Shown here in pieces: positions 25,743-39,180 of a stretch of DNA of 64,000 nucleotides (its first letter is position 1; each line of letters opens with the position of its first letter). The DNA comes from Eledone cirrhosa (taxonomy: Eukaryota), in assembly GCA_964016885.1 (NCBI GenBank), contig OZ024760.1:7502001-7566000 (forward strand), in the 5' to 3' direction. The notes under the pieces were generated by a model. It was given only the letters and a program-made list of their open reading frames with translations, ran no database searches and had not been told where the DNA came from. The position numbers and the translations under genes were made by a program.

Positions 25743-25988
25743 CCGATTCACTTCGACTCGCTTCGTAAACACATACACACGTACATATTTATATATTTTT
25801 ATGTGTATATGTATGTGTGTATATATATGTATATATATATATTTATACACATATATACACACAGATATATTTATATATATATAAATAAATATATATATAT
25901 ATATATAATTGACCAATCGTTACGTTTGTTTCAACAAAGTTCGGAACGTTGGCTAGGGCTTTAACCAATAGCAGACGACTTATATTAT

Positions 25989-26335
25989 TGGCGCATGGCT
26001 TAGTGGTTAGAGCATTGGGTTTGCAATCGGAAGGTTGTGAGTTCGATTTTCGGCCCGGGTGATGCGTTGTGTCTTTGAGCAAGACATTTTATTTCATGTT
26101 GCTTCGGTTTAATCAGCTGTAGAAATGAGTTGCGACGTCACTGGTGCCTAGCTGTATCGGCCATTGCCTTTCCCTTAGACAACATGTGGCGTGGAGAGGG
26201 GAGGATGGTATACATGGGCGACTGCTGGTCTTCCACAAACAACCTTGCCCGGACTTGTGCCTCGGAAGGAAATTTTCTAGGTGCAAATCTCATGGTCATT
26301 CCTGACCGAAGAGGGTCTTTATCCGTTGTCGTCGT
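25989..26335 (+). mobile_element. CORE-type SINE subfamilies with the same head but different tails (also 16978-17240, 62275-62600; minus-strand 13670-13892 and 51780-52030)
   Basis: Shared tRNA head and CORE, with unrelated 3' segments. Confidence 0.8.
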
Positions 26336-26833
26336 CTGCGATCCAGAGGCGTTCCAGTCGTGACATTGGTTCCTCTCTCTTTTACCCTCCACCCTAGATA
26401 TCAGTTGATTTATCAAGATACATCACATCATGTATCTGTCTCTGTTTTCGTATTGTCCTTTAGGTTTTGGTCCCAGTGACAATAAAGAAATATGAATAAT
26501 TATTACTATTTTTATTCTGGGTTCAAATACCGCCGAGGTTAGCTTTGCCTTTCATCTTTACGAAGGGGTGGATAAAATAAAGTACCAGTAATATACTGGG
26601 TTCAATTTAATTAACCCCCCCCCCCCAAAAAAAAAGATTATGGCCCTTGTGCCTAAATCAGAAACCATTATTAGCTAGGGGTGACGTCAAAACTCACACT
26701 GTACAGTCCTAAATGTTTTCTTCGTGTGAGCCCTGTATAGTTAATACAGAAATCATTATTAGATAGTCGAGAAGCATAGAGTTATGGCCCTTCACGTTCT
26801 GAGTTCAAATCTCGCCGAGGTTAGCTTTAGAAT

Positions 26834-27451
26834 TGTAGCGGTTGTCTCCCTTGTTTGGATTAACATCTAGACGGGAAGTAGAACCCTTTCTGCAACTTCC
26901 GGTCAGAACCCTATAAAACTAACGGAGGTTATGTAGCGGTTGTCTCCCTTGTTTGGATTAACATCTAGACGGGAAGTAGAACCCTTTCTGCAACTTCCGG
27001 TCAGAACCCTATAAAACTAACGGAGGTTATGTAGCGGTTGTCTCCCTTGTTTGGATTAACATCTAGACGGGAAGTAGAACCCTTTCTGCAACTTCCGGTC
27101 AGAACCCTATAAAACTAACGGAGGTTATGTAGCGGTTGTCTCCCTTGTTTGGATTAACATCTAGACGGGAAGTAGAACCCTTTCTGCAACTTCCGGTCAG
27201 AACCCTATAAAACTAACAACTTTAAGTTCTCACTCTCTCATTTGGCCTTCCGGCGCCTGGCTGGCCTTAGCCAGGCGTCCTCTGCCAGCCGCGTTTGCCT
27301 GGCAATCAAAACGGTAACGACTAACTTTGTTTCATTCTATCATCTATTTCTTTGACATGTCAACTATACTATCCACCATTGTTAATTAAATATTATACAC
27401 ACAAACAATGTATTCCTTGTTACATTCATACAACCCAGTATCTTTGCCACA
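26834..27451 (+). mobile_element. Solo LTR with 4 x 98-bp internal tandem, inserted into a Nin-type SINE
   Basis: TGTAGC...GCCACA termini, GAAT duplicated at 26830-26833 and 27452-27455, TATAAAA box, and SINE halves on both sides. Confidence 0.75.
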
Positions 27452-27716
27452 GAATAAAGTACCAGTAATACAATGGAGTCGATTTAATCCACTTTTGCTG
27501 GCTTTGTGTCTAAATTAGAAACCATTGGAATGGCTTTTCCAGCGCATCTCCCTTACCATCCTCCGGGGAAACGCCTTCATTCTGTCCGCCGGAGTCATGG
27601 GACCACATTTGCTCATAATACAGAGATGGGGAGGGCGAGAGAGGTGGGGGCGATGACAGTGGGATTTTGGCTCTTCCGTGTTCGGACCTGGTGTGCAGTG
27701 TCAGTAGGGAGGTAGT

Positions 27717-27777
<61 letters not shown>

Positions 27778-28033
27778 ATATATATATATATCTTGCTACA
27801 TATATATCTTGCTATATATATTTATTATAGTGTTCATTATTATCATTAGAGTTACCTCCCTTTATGATCTGAGTTCAAATCCCACCGAGGTTAACTTTGC
27901 CTTTCATCCTCACGAGGTCGATAAAATAAAGTACCAGTCACACACTGGAGTCGATTTAATCGACTTCCTCCTCGCCCCAAATTACTGGCCTTGTGCCTAT
28001 ATAAGAAACCATCATTTAATGAAGAGGTTTAAA

Positions 28034-28425
28034 GGCACTACAACGCTATTAGCTGTCAGTCCAGTGGAACACGGGCGAAGGTGACGTCACTCGTCAACAT
28101 CGTTTATTTCCGTATTACTACCACGCGTAAGTGGAGTTTTCACGCGTTTTTTTTTTAGAGAGAGAGAGGGGAAAGATAGGGAAGAGAGAGTGAGGGGGGG
28201 AAGACTTTAAAGGGCCAAATTAGAGAACAAATAGAAAACAAGTCATGGTTATAAAGCATATCGATGTAAGTGGAGTTACTTAAATGAAAATATAGGTGGC
28301 CCTTAAAAGGGCCAATTTATAAAACAAATTTAAGTTAATTAGAAAACAAGTCATTCATAAATTTAAGTTTTATAATCAAATTTTTTTCACCAACAAATAT
28401 GACAGCTAATAGCGTTGTAGTGCCC
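28034..28425. mobile_element. Non-autonomous DNA transposon; relatives at 47836-48565 and 50080-50170
   Basis: Perfect 25-bp TIR GGCACTACAACGCTATTAGCTGTCA and shared internal repeats. The TSD and superfamily are unresolved. Confidence 0.8.
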
Positions 28426-28459
28426 GCAATTCTGTATCTTTACGTATATTGCGCATAGA

Positions 28460-28690
28460 TACGAGGGTTGACAAAGATACTCTCATGGAATGTGACCAAA
28501 TGAGGTTTATTTTTCAACATAGTCTCCCTTGCGTTCCACACACTTCTTCCATCGGTGTTGCAGTACTGAGATCAATGTTTTCCTCGGTAGAGGCAGTTGT
28601 AGGACGTCCAGACATTGGGTCATCTTCAAGAATCCCCTATCCATTCCTAAATTCGGCTGCCCACTTTTGCACAAAGGAAAATTGTGGTAC
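28460..28690 (-). mobile_element. Mariner transposon 3'-end fragment
   Basis: Transposase C-terminus LQHRWKKCVERKGDYVEK followed by a stop, next to a TACGAGGG TIR. Shares sequence with the MITE at 15778. Confidence 0.8.
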
Positions 28691-28841
28691 AATATTGTAA
28701 GGTCTGCTTATAGCATTATCCATCTTTCAAAAATGAAGGTCCACATTTCGTTGACTTCAATACACTTTATTACATTTTATTGTATTGTAAACATTAACTT
28801 TTATGGAAATTTTATTACAAAATTTCAATTTAGTTCGATTT

Positions 28842-29562
28842 TTTGCAACCGAAGGAAGACAGGAAGACGATACTTTGGTTCGTGGAGACGTAGTTTTAGG
28901 TATTTCTTCCTGCTTGGTACGGGTGTTCTTTGTAGAAATATTCAGATGTTTCTGGATGATGAATATAAGTCAATAGAGTACTCAGTCAAAATAGTAATAA
29001 TAATAATAAATTTGAAGATTAACATCCAAAGAGGGCTCGATAAGGATAAATATATATCAAATATATAAGAATCGTAGAGCAAATATTTATTAAAATAACA
29101 GATTAACGTTTAAGCAAAGAATCGGCTGCTTTCACCCTTAATGGGATCTTCTGAAACTAAAAAAAAAAAAATCAATCTGTGAACGCAGAAGTAAATATTT
29201 CGAAAAACGTTGCAACCGAAGGAAGACAGGAAGACGGTACTTTGGTTCGTGGAGACGTAGTTTTAGGTATTTCTTCCTGCTTGGTACGGGTATGTTCTTT
29301 GTAGAAATATTCAGATGTTTCTGCATGATGAATATAAGTCAATAGAGTACTCAGTCAAAATAGTAATAATAATAATAAATTTGAAGATTAACATCCAAAG
29401 AGGGCTCGATAAGGATAAATATATATCAAATATATAAGAACCGTAGAGCAAATATTTATTAAAATAACAGATTAAAGTTTAAGCAAAGAATCGGCTGCTT
29501 TCACCCTTAATGGGATCTGAAACTAAAAAAAAATCAATCTGTGAACGCAGAAGTAAATATTT
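28842..29562. repeat. Direct tandem duplication of about 367 bp
   Basis: TTGCAACCGAAGGAAGACAGG recurs at about 28842 and 29209 with near-identical continuation. Confidence 0.9.
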
Positions 29563-29574
29563 CTAAGCCGACCT

Positions 29575-29678
29575 TTCCCAATTGCACCTCTCAAGGGCAA
29601 TGACACACGACCATGACCTCTGGCGTCACACAGTAATACAGAAGACCCGACTTTCCACAGGAACATATAGACAATATT
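29575..29678 (+). mobile_element. Short fragment of the same RTE family as 43965-46490
   Basis: Aligns by eye to 46205-46318 (CACCTCTCAA.GGCAATGACACACGACC.TGAC.TCTGGCGTCA). Confidence 0.8.
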
Positions 29679-29689
29679 TGTTTTCCTTT

Positions 29690-32600
29690 GTTTTGTTATG
29701 TCCTATCAACTAATCTGACCTCCAAAATGCTTGCATGTGACTATTTTTTAGCATATTAACAACAAATATGATTTCCACTGCAATTAAAAATGACTAGCTT
29801 TGTGAATGGTTTTTTCACCCACTTTCTGCCTTCATTTTTCTACAAAGCTAATCATTGACGATAGGTTTCAAAGTTATATTCATTCATAATATGTGAAAAA
29901 AATAGTCAACTGCAAGCATTGGTGTGATGTAAATGGTAGGAGTAGGTGTTCTGTAATAAATTTACCATATAATGAAGTATGGTTATGGTGAATTTATGGT
30001 GTGGATTGGGGTAGATTAATGTGCTGTGGTGTGCTTTGTTATAAGTGAGGATTTAAATTTCCACTTTGATTTATGTTAGAAAAAAAATTTTTCCTTCATT
30101 TTTGCAACTGCTATCAACTTCCAAGATGCTCGCAGTGGACTATGCTTTTAGCATATTAACAAAAAATATGACTTCCGCTGCAATAAAAAATGACTAGCTT
30201 TGTAAATGGTATTTCCACCCACATCCTCCCTCTTTTTTCTACAAAGCTAGTCATTTTCATCAGGTTTCCATGTCATAACCATTGATAATATGTGCATAAA
30301 ATAGTAATTTGCAAGCACCTTTTATATCAAATTGGGTGGTAAGAATAAAAAAAAAATTTTTTAAAAATGCCAGATGAAAATTTGTCACACCAAAATCAAT
30401 AGCTTGGTGTGATGTAGTATGGTGTGGTTTAGTGAAGTTTCTACAAACAGTCATTTTCGACAGGTTTCCATGTCATAATTATGATATGTGAAAAAAAAAA
30501 GTAAATTGGGAGCACCTTTAATGTCAGATTGGGTGGTAAGCACACAAAAAAAAAAAAAAAAAAAAAAAAAGCAAACGGGGAAAACATTTTTCACACCAAG
30601 ATCTTGGTGCGATGTAGTATGGTGTAACTTGGTATGGTGTGGTGTGGTTTGGTTTGGTGAAGTTATGAAATGGAAACCAATTGTAAACGATAGATTCCCA
30701 TGTCATATTCATTGATAATGTGTGGGAAAATAGTCATTTGCAAGCACCTTTGATGTTAGTTTGAGGTGGTAACCACAAAAAAAAAAAAATAAGCAGGTAG
30801 CAAATTTGTCACATTGATCTCCATACCATGGTGTGATGTAAATGGTAGGTGTTCTGTAATAAATTTACCATATAGTGAAGTATGGTTATGGTGAAGTATA
30901 TGGTGTGGATTGGAGTAGATTAATGTGCTGTGGTGTGAGGATTTAAATTTCCACTTTGATTTATGTTAGAAAAAAATTTTTCTTCATTTTTGCATCTGCT
31001 ATCAACTTCCAAGATGCTCGCAGTGGACTATGCTTTTAGCATATTAACAAAAAGTATGACTTCCGCTGCAATAAAAAATGACTAGCTTTGTAAATGGTAT
31101 TTCCACCCACATCCTCCCTCTTTTTTCTACAAAGCTAGTCATTTTCATCAGGTTTCCATGTCATAACCATTGATAATATGTGCATAAAATAGTAATTTGC
31201 GAGCACCTTTTATGTCAAATTGGGTGGTAAGCACAAAAAAAAAAAAAAAAATGCCAGATGAAAATTTGTTACACCAAAATCAATAGCTTGGTGTGATGTA
31301 GTATGGTATGGTTTGGTGAAGTTTCTACAAACAGTCATTTTCAACAGGTTTCCATGTCATAATTATTGATATGTGAAAAAAAAAAGTAAATTGGGAGGGA
31401 GCACCTTTAAATGTCAAAAAAAAAGGAAACGGGAAGAAAATTTTTCACACCAAGATCAATAGCTTGGTGTGATGTAGTATGGTGTAACTTGGTATGGTGT
31501 GGTTTGGTTCGGTTTGGTGAAGTTATGAAATGGAAACCAATTCTAAACGATAGATTCCCATGTCATATTCATTGATAATGTGTGGGGAATGCAAGCACCT
31601 TTGATGTTAGTTTGGGTGGTAAGCACAAAAAAAAAAAAAAAAAAAAAAAAAGCAGGTAGCAAATTTGTCACATTGATGTCCATACCATGGTGTTATGTAA
31701 TAAATTTACAATAATATGGTGTGGTTTGGGGTAGATTAATGTGGTGTGGTGTGCTTTGTTATAAGTAAGGAATTAAATTTCCACTTTGATTTATGTAAGA
31801 AAACAATTTTTTCCTTCACTTTTGCATGTGCTATCAACTAATACAACTTCCAAGATGCTCGCAGTGGACTATGCTTTTAGCATATTAACAAAAAATATGA
31901 CTTCCGCTGCAATAAAAAATGACTAGCTTTGTAAATGGTATTTCCACCCACATCCTCCCTCTTTTTTCTACAAAGCTAGTCATTTTCAACAGTTTTCCAT
32001 GTCATAACCATTGATAATATGCGCGAAAAATAGTCATTTGCAGCACCTTTGATGTCAGATTGGGTGGTAAGAACACACACAAAAAAAAAGAAACAGGAAG
32101 AAAATTTTTCACACTGAAATCAAAAGCATGGTGTGATGTAGAATGGTGTAGTTTGTTATGGGGTGGTTTGGATTGTTGTAGTTTTGACATGGGAACCTAT
32201 TGCAAATGATAGGTTTCCATGTCATAACCATTGATAATATGTGCGAAAAATAGTCATTTGCAGCACCTTTGATATCAGATTGGGTGGTAAGCATAAAAAA
32301 AAAAATTTTTTTAAATGCCAGTTGAAAATTTGTCACACCAAAATCAATAGCTTGGTGTGATGTAGTATGGTGTGGTTTAGTGAAGTTTCTACAAAGATAG
32401 TCATTTTCGACAGGTTTCCATGTCATAATTATGATAAGTGAAAAAAAAAAGTAAATTGGGAGCACCTTTAATGTCAGATTGGGTGGTAAGCACACAGAAA
32501 AAAAAAAAAAAAGGAAACGGGAAAACATTTTTCACACCAAGATCTTGGTGCGATGTAGTATGGTGTAACTTGGTATGGTGTGGTTTGGTTTGGTTTGGTG

Positions 32601-35600
32601 AAGTTATGAAATGGAAACCAATTGTAAACGATAGATTCCCATGTCATATTCATTGATAATGTGTGGGAAAATAGTCATTTGCAAGCACCTTTGATGTTAG
32701 TTTGAGGTGGTAACCACAAAAAAAAAATAAGCAGGTAGCAAATTTGTCACATTGATCTCCATACCATGGTGTGATGTAAATGGTAGGTGTTCTGTAATAA
32801 ATTTACCATATAGTGAAGTATATGGTGTGGATTGGAGTAGATTAATGTGCTGCGGTGTGCTTTGTTATAAGTGAGGATTTAAATTTCCACTTTGATTTAT
32901 GTTAGAAAAAAATTTTTCTTCATTTTTGCATGTGTTATCAACTTCCAAGAAGCTCGCAGTGGACTATGCTTTTAGCATATTAACAAAAAATATGACTTCC
33001 GCTGCAATAAAAAATGACTAGCTTTGTAAATGGTATTTCCACCCACATCCTCCCTCTTTTTTCTACAAAGCTAGTCATTTTCATCAGGTTTCCATGTCAT
33101 AACCATTGATAATATGTGCATAAAATAGTAATTTGCGAGCACCTTTTATGTCAAATTGGGTGGTAAGCAAAAAAAAAAAAAAAAAAAAATGCCAGATGAA
33201 AATTTGTCACATCAAAATCAATAGCTTGGTGTGATGTAGTATGGTGTGGTTTAGTGAAGTTTCTACAAAGATAGTCATTTTCGACAGGTTTCCATGTCAT
33301 AATTATTGATATGTGAAAAAAAAAAGTAAATTGGGAGCACCTTTAATGTCAGATTGGGTGGTAAGCACACACACACAAAAAAAAAGGAAACGGGAAGAAA
33401 ATTGTTCACACCAAGATCAATAGCTTGGTGTGATGTAGTATGGTGTGGTTTGGTGAAGTTATGAAATGGAAATCAATTGTAAACGATAGATTCCCATGTC
33501 ATATTCATTGATAATGTGTGGGAAAATAGTCATTTGCAAGCACCTTTGATGTTAGTTTGAGGTGGTAACCACAAAAAAAAAAAAAAGCAGGTAGCAAATT
33601 TGTCACATTGATCTCCATACCATGGTGTGATGTAAATGGTAGGTGTTCTGTAATAAATTTACCATATAGTGAAGTATATGGTGTGGATTGGAGTAGATTA
33701 ATGTGCTGTGGTGTGCTTTGTTATAAGTGAGGATTTAAATTTCCACTTTGATTTATGTTAGAAAAAAATTTTTCCTTCATTTTTGCATGTGCTATCAACT
33801 TCCAAGATGCTCGCAGTGGATTATGCTTTTAACATATTAACAAAAAGTATGACTTCCGCTGCAATAAAAAATGACTAGCTTTGTAAATGGTATTTCCACC
33901 CACATCCTCCCTCTTTTTTCTACAAAGCTAGTCATTTTCATCAGGTTTCCATGTCATAACCATTGATAATATGTGCATAAAATAGTAATTTGCGAGCACC
34001 TTTTATGTCAAATTGGGTGGTAAGCAAAAAAAAAAAAAAAAAAAAAAAAATGCCAGATGAAAATTTGTCACACCAAAATCAATAGCTTGGTGTGATCTAG
34101 TATGGTGTAGTTTGGTGAAGTTTCTACAAACAGTCATTTTCAACAGGTTTCCATGTCATAATTATTGATATGTGAAAAAAAAAAGTAAATTGGGAGCACC
34201 TTTAATGTCAGATTGGTTGGTAAGCACACACACAAAAAAAAAAAAGGAAACGGGAAGAAAATTTTTCACACCAAGATCAATAGCTTGGTGTGATGTAGTA
34301 TGGTGTAACTTGGTATGGTGTGGTTTGGTTTGGTTAAGTTATGAAATGGAAACCAATTCTAAACGATAGATTCCCATGTCCTATTCATTGATAATGTGTG
34401 GGGAATGCAAGCACCTTTGATGTTAGTTTGGGTGGTAAGCACAAAAAAAAAAAAAAAAAAAAAAAAAGCAGGTAGCAAATTTGTCACATTGATGTCCATA
34501 CCATGGTGTTATGTAATAAATTTACAATAATATGGTGTGGTTTGGGGTAGATTAATGTGGTGTGGTGTGCTTTGTTATAAGTAAGGAATTAAATTTCCAC
34601 TTTGATTTATGTAAGAAAACAATTTTTTCCTTCACTTTTGCATGTGCTATCAACTAATACAACTTCCAAGATGCTCGCAGTGGACTATGCTTTTAGCATA
34701 TTAACAAAAAATATGACTTCCACTGCAATAAAAAATGACTAGCTTTGTAAATGGTATTTCCACCCACATCCTCCCTCTTTTTTCTACAAAGCTAGTCATT
34801 TTCAACAGTTTTCCATGTCATAACCATTGATAATATGTGCATAAAATAGTCATTTGCAGCACCTTTGATGTCAGATTGGGTGGTAAGAACACACACACAA
34901 ATAAAAAGAAACAGGAAGAAAATTTTTCACACTGAGATCAAAAGCATGGTGTGATGTAGAATGGTGTAGTTTGTTATGGTGTGGTTTGGATTGTTGTAGT
35001 TATGACATGGGAACCTATTGCAAATGATAGGTTTCCATGTTATATACATTGATAATGTGTAAAAAAATAGTCATTTGTGAGCACCTTTGATATCAGATTG
35101 GGTGGTAAGCACACATACAGAAAAAAAAAAAAACAGGAAGAAAAATGTTCTCACTGAGATTAATAGCATGGTGTGATGTAGTATGGTGTAGTTTGATGTA
35201 GTTTAATGTGGTATGGTTTTCCAACCTCCAACATGCTCACAGCCGACTATGCTTTTACCATCATCATCATTTCATTTCTACAGCTGAGTAAACTGGAGCA
35301 ATGTGAAATAAAGTGTCTTGCTCAAGGAAACAACACACCACCTGGTCTGAGAATTGAACTCACAACCTTTCAATTGCAAGGCCAATGCTCTAACCACTAA
35401 GCCATGTGCCTCCACTACCATATTAACAACAAATATGACTTTCACTGCAATCAAAAATGACAAGCTTTGTGAATGGTATTTCCACCCACTTTCCGCCCTC
35501 TTTTTTCTACAAAGCTAGTCATTTTCAACAGGTTTCAAAGTCTTCATTGATAATATGTGCAAAAAATAGTTAATTGCGAACACTTTTAATGTAAGATTGG

Positions 35601-35830
35601 GTGGTAAGCACACACACAAAAAAAGCAGGAAGAAAATTTTTCACACTGAGTTCAATAGCATGGTGTGATGTAGTATGGTGTAGTTTGTTATGATGTGGTT
35701 TGGTTTGGTGTAGTTTGGTATGGTTTAGTTTGGTGTAGTTATAATATGGAAACCTATAATAAATTTACCAATGTATGGTATAATCTGGTTTGGTGTAGTG
35801 TAGGTTAGTGTGGTGTGGTGTGTTATTGTG
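29690..35830. repeat. Complex higher-order satellite (subunits of about 150-200 bp, higher-order period of roughly 0.8-1.1 kb)
   Basis: The block AAAAATGACTAGCTTTGT recurs near 29786, 30185, 31075, 31915, 33010, 33865, 34730 and (variant) 35453. Confidence 0.9.
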
Positions 35831-35929
35831 TTGCATCATATAGCGTGATTCTCTTTAAATTAAAATCATTAAAATGTAATGACTATCTTCTATAACTTAA
35901 AGAGTGACCTTAAATGTGATTGCAAATGA

Positions 35930-38900
35930 CTTTTTTCTCTGGGTTAATGTTAGGGTAAGTTTTACTGTTAATGGTAAGTTTATTGTTAGTGACTGTGTTA
36001 CTGTTACTCTTACAGTTACTGTTTGCGTTACTGTCTGCATCAGCGTTAGCATTTGTGTAGGGGTTAGCATTTGCATCAGCATCTGCATCAGCATTCACAT
36101 TAGCATTAGCGTTTGCGACAGCGTTTCCTTTAACGTCGTTGTCAGTGTTTCCGTTAGCTTCTACGTCAGCATTTCCGTTAGCGTCTTTGTCAGTGTTTCC
36201 GTTAGCGTCTTTGTCAGCGTTTCCGTTAGCTTCTACGTCAGCGTTTCCGTTAGCTTCTACGTCAGCGTTTCCGTTAGCTTCTACGTCAGCGTTTCCGTTA
36301 GCGTCTTTGTCAGCATTTCCGTTAGCTTCTACGTCAGCGTTTCCGTTAGCGTCTTTGTCAGCGTTTCCGTTAGCTTCTACGTCAGCGTTTCCGTTAGCGT
36401 CTTTGTCAGTGTTTCCGTTAGCGTCTTTGTCAGCGTTTCCGTTAGCTTCTACGTCAGCGTTTCCGTTAGCTTCTACGTCAGCGTTTCCGTTAGCGTCTTT
36501 GTCAGTGTTTCCGTTAGCGTCTGTGTCAGCTTTTACGTTAGCTTCTACGTCAGCGTTTCCGTAACGTCTGCGTCAGCGTTTTCCGTTAGCATTAGCGTTT
36601 CCATCAACCTTTCCTGTGGCGTCCGCGTCATTGCACCATCTGCATATGCCATGTAAGCGTTAACTTCAGCATTTGCATCAGCGTTAGCCTTAGCGTCCGC
36701 ATCAGCATTTGCTTTAGCGTCAGCATACACGTTAGCGCCGGTGTACTGCCTCAACATTCGCGTCAGCGTTAGCTTGGCTTTGGCTTCAGCAATCCGCATC
36801 ACAATTGCGTTTTGGAGATCAGCTTCGGCGGTAAGGGTAAACGCTAACTTCTACGCCTGCTTCTACGTAACAACTACGTCAGCGTTTTGTTAGCTTCTAC
36901 GTCAGCGTTTACGTTAGCTTCTACGTCAGTATCTACGTTAACATCTACGTCATCGTTTACGTTAGTTTCTACGTCAGCATCTACATTAGCTTCTACGTCA
37001 GCGCTTGCATTAGTGTCTGTGTCAGCGTTTGTGTCAGTGTCTGTATTTAAATCTACATCAGGGTCAGCGTTTACATTTGCGTCTGCGTCATCGTTTACGT
37101 TAGCATCTGTGTCAGCGTTTATGTTAGCGTCTGCGTCAGTGTTTATATTAGCATCTGCGTCAGTGTTTATATTAGCATCTGCGTAAGTGTTTACGTTAGC
37201 ATCTGTGTCAGCATTTTCATTAGTGTTTCCTTTAGCTTCTACGCCAATGTTTCCGTCTGCGTTAAGGTTCACATTAGCATCGCTGTCATCGTTTGCGTCA
37301 GCATTTGCGTTTGCTTTAACATCTGCATCAACATTTGCATTAGTGTCTGCATTTGCTTTAGTGTTTGCATCAGCGTGAGCATTTGTGTCAGTGACCACGT
37401 CAGCGTTAGAGTCTGTGTAGCATTTACATCAGCGTGTGCATCAGAGTCTTTGTCAGCATTCACCTTTGCACCTGCATCAGTATTCACGTTAGTGTTTGTG
37501 TCAGTGTAAGCGATTGTGTCAACATTTGCGCTAGCGTTTGTGCCAGCATAGCCATCTTCGTCAGTGTCAGCTTTGGCGTTAGTGTTTCCATTAGTGTTTG
37601 TGTTAGTGTTTGATTTTGTATTAGTGTTAGTGTTTGTGTTCAGGTTAATGTTGACTTAGTTTTCTGGTTAGTGTTAGTTTTCAGGTTAGGGCTCGTGTTA
37701 CTTTTAGTGTTAGTGCTCAGGTTAGTGGTTTATGGTAGTGTTAGTTTTAGTGGTAGTGTTAGTGTTCAGGTTAATGTTCGTGTTAATGTCAGTTTTAGTG
37801 TTAGTGTTCAGGTTAGTGTTAGTGTTTTATTTTGTGTTAATGTTTGTGTTAGTGTTTCCATTAGTGTTACTGTTAGTCTTTGTTTTTCTGTTAATGTTAG
37901 TGTTTGTTTTAGTGCTGAGGTTAATGTTAGCTTAGTTTTCTGGTTAGTATCAGTTTTCGTGTTAGTGTTAGTGTTTTTTTTAGTATTAGTGTTTTTTTTA
38001 GTGTTAGTTTTTATGGCACTGTTAGTGCTCAGATCAGTGTTAGTGTTTGTGTTACTGTTTATGGTAGTGTTAGTTTTAGTGCTAGTGTTTAGGTTAATGT
38101 TAGTTTTAGTGTAAGTGCTCAGGTTAGTGTTAAAGTTATGTTAGTGTTAATGTTAATTTTAGTGTAAGTGTTCAGGTTAGTGTTAGTGTTCAAGTTATGT
38201 TAGTGTTAATGTTAGTTTTAGTGTAAGTGTTCAGGTTAGTGTTAGTGTTAATGTTAGTTTTAGTGTTAAGGTTAGTGTTAGAGATTGTGTTAGTGTTTGT
38301 TTTTGTGTTAATATTTGTGTTAGTATCTATGTTAGCATTAGTGTTTGATGTTTCCATTAGTGTTAATGATTGTGTTAGCGTTAGTCTTTGTTTTTGTGTT
38401 AATGTTAGCATTAGTATTTCTGTTAGTGTTAGCATGAGTGTTTGTGTTAGTGTTCAGGTTAATGTTAACTTAGTTTTCAGGTTAGTGTTAGTGTTCAAGT
38501 TAATGTTAGTTTTAGTGTTAGAGATTGTGTTAGTGTTTGTTTTTGTGTTAGTATCTCTGTTAGTGTTAGTTTTAGTGTAAGTTTTCAGGTTAGTGTTAGT
38601 GTTCAAGTTAATGTTAATGTTAGTTTTAGTGTTAAGGTTAGTGTTAGTATTTGTTTTTGTGTTAATATTTGTGTTAGTATCTCTGTTAGCATTAGTGTTT
38701 GATGTTTCCATTAGTGTTAGTGATTGTGTTAGCATTAGTCTTTGTTTTTGTGTTCAGGTTAGCGTTAATGTTAGCATTAGTATTTCTGTTAGTGTTAGCA
38801 TTAGTGTTTATGTTAGTGTTCAGGTTAATGTTAGCTTAGTTTTCAGGTTAGAGTTAGTGTTCAAGTTAATGTTAGTGTTAGAGATTGTGTTAGTGTTTGT

Positions 38901-39180
38901 TTTTGTGTTAATATTTGTGTTAGTATCTCTGTTAGCATTAGTGTTTGTTTTAGTGTTGAAGTTAATGTTAGCTTAGTTTTCTGGTTAGTATCAGTTTTCA
39001 GATTAGTGTTTGTGTTAGTGTTACTTTTAGTGTTAGTTTTAGTGCTAGTGTTCAGGCTAATGTTAGTTTTAGTGTAAGTGTTCAGGTTAGTGTTAGTGTT
39101 TGTATTAGTGTTTACAGTAGTGTTAGTTTTAGTGCTGGTGTTCAGGTTAGTGTTAGTGTCAGTTTTAGCTTAAAGTTAGG
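35930..39180. repeat. Degenerate hexamer-based low-complexity tract (GTTAGC/GTCAGC grading to GTTAGT) with a 24-bp sub-array at 36140-36560
   Basis: Direct inspection. Confidence 0.9.
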
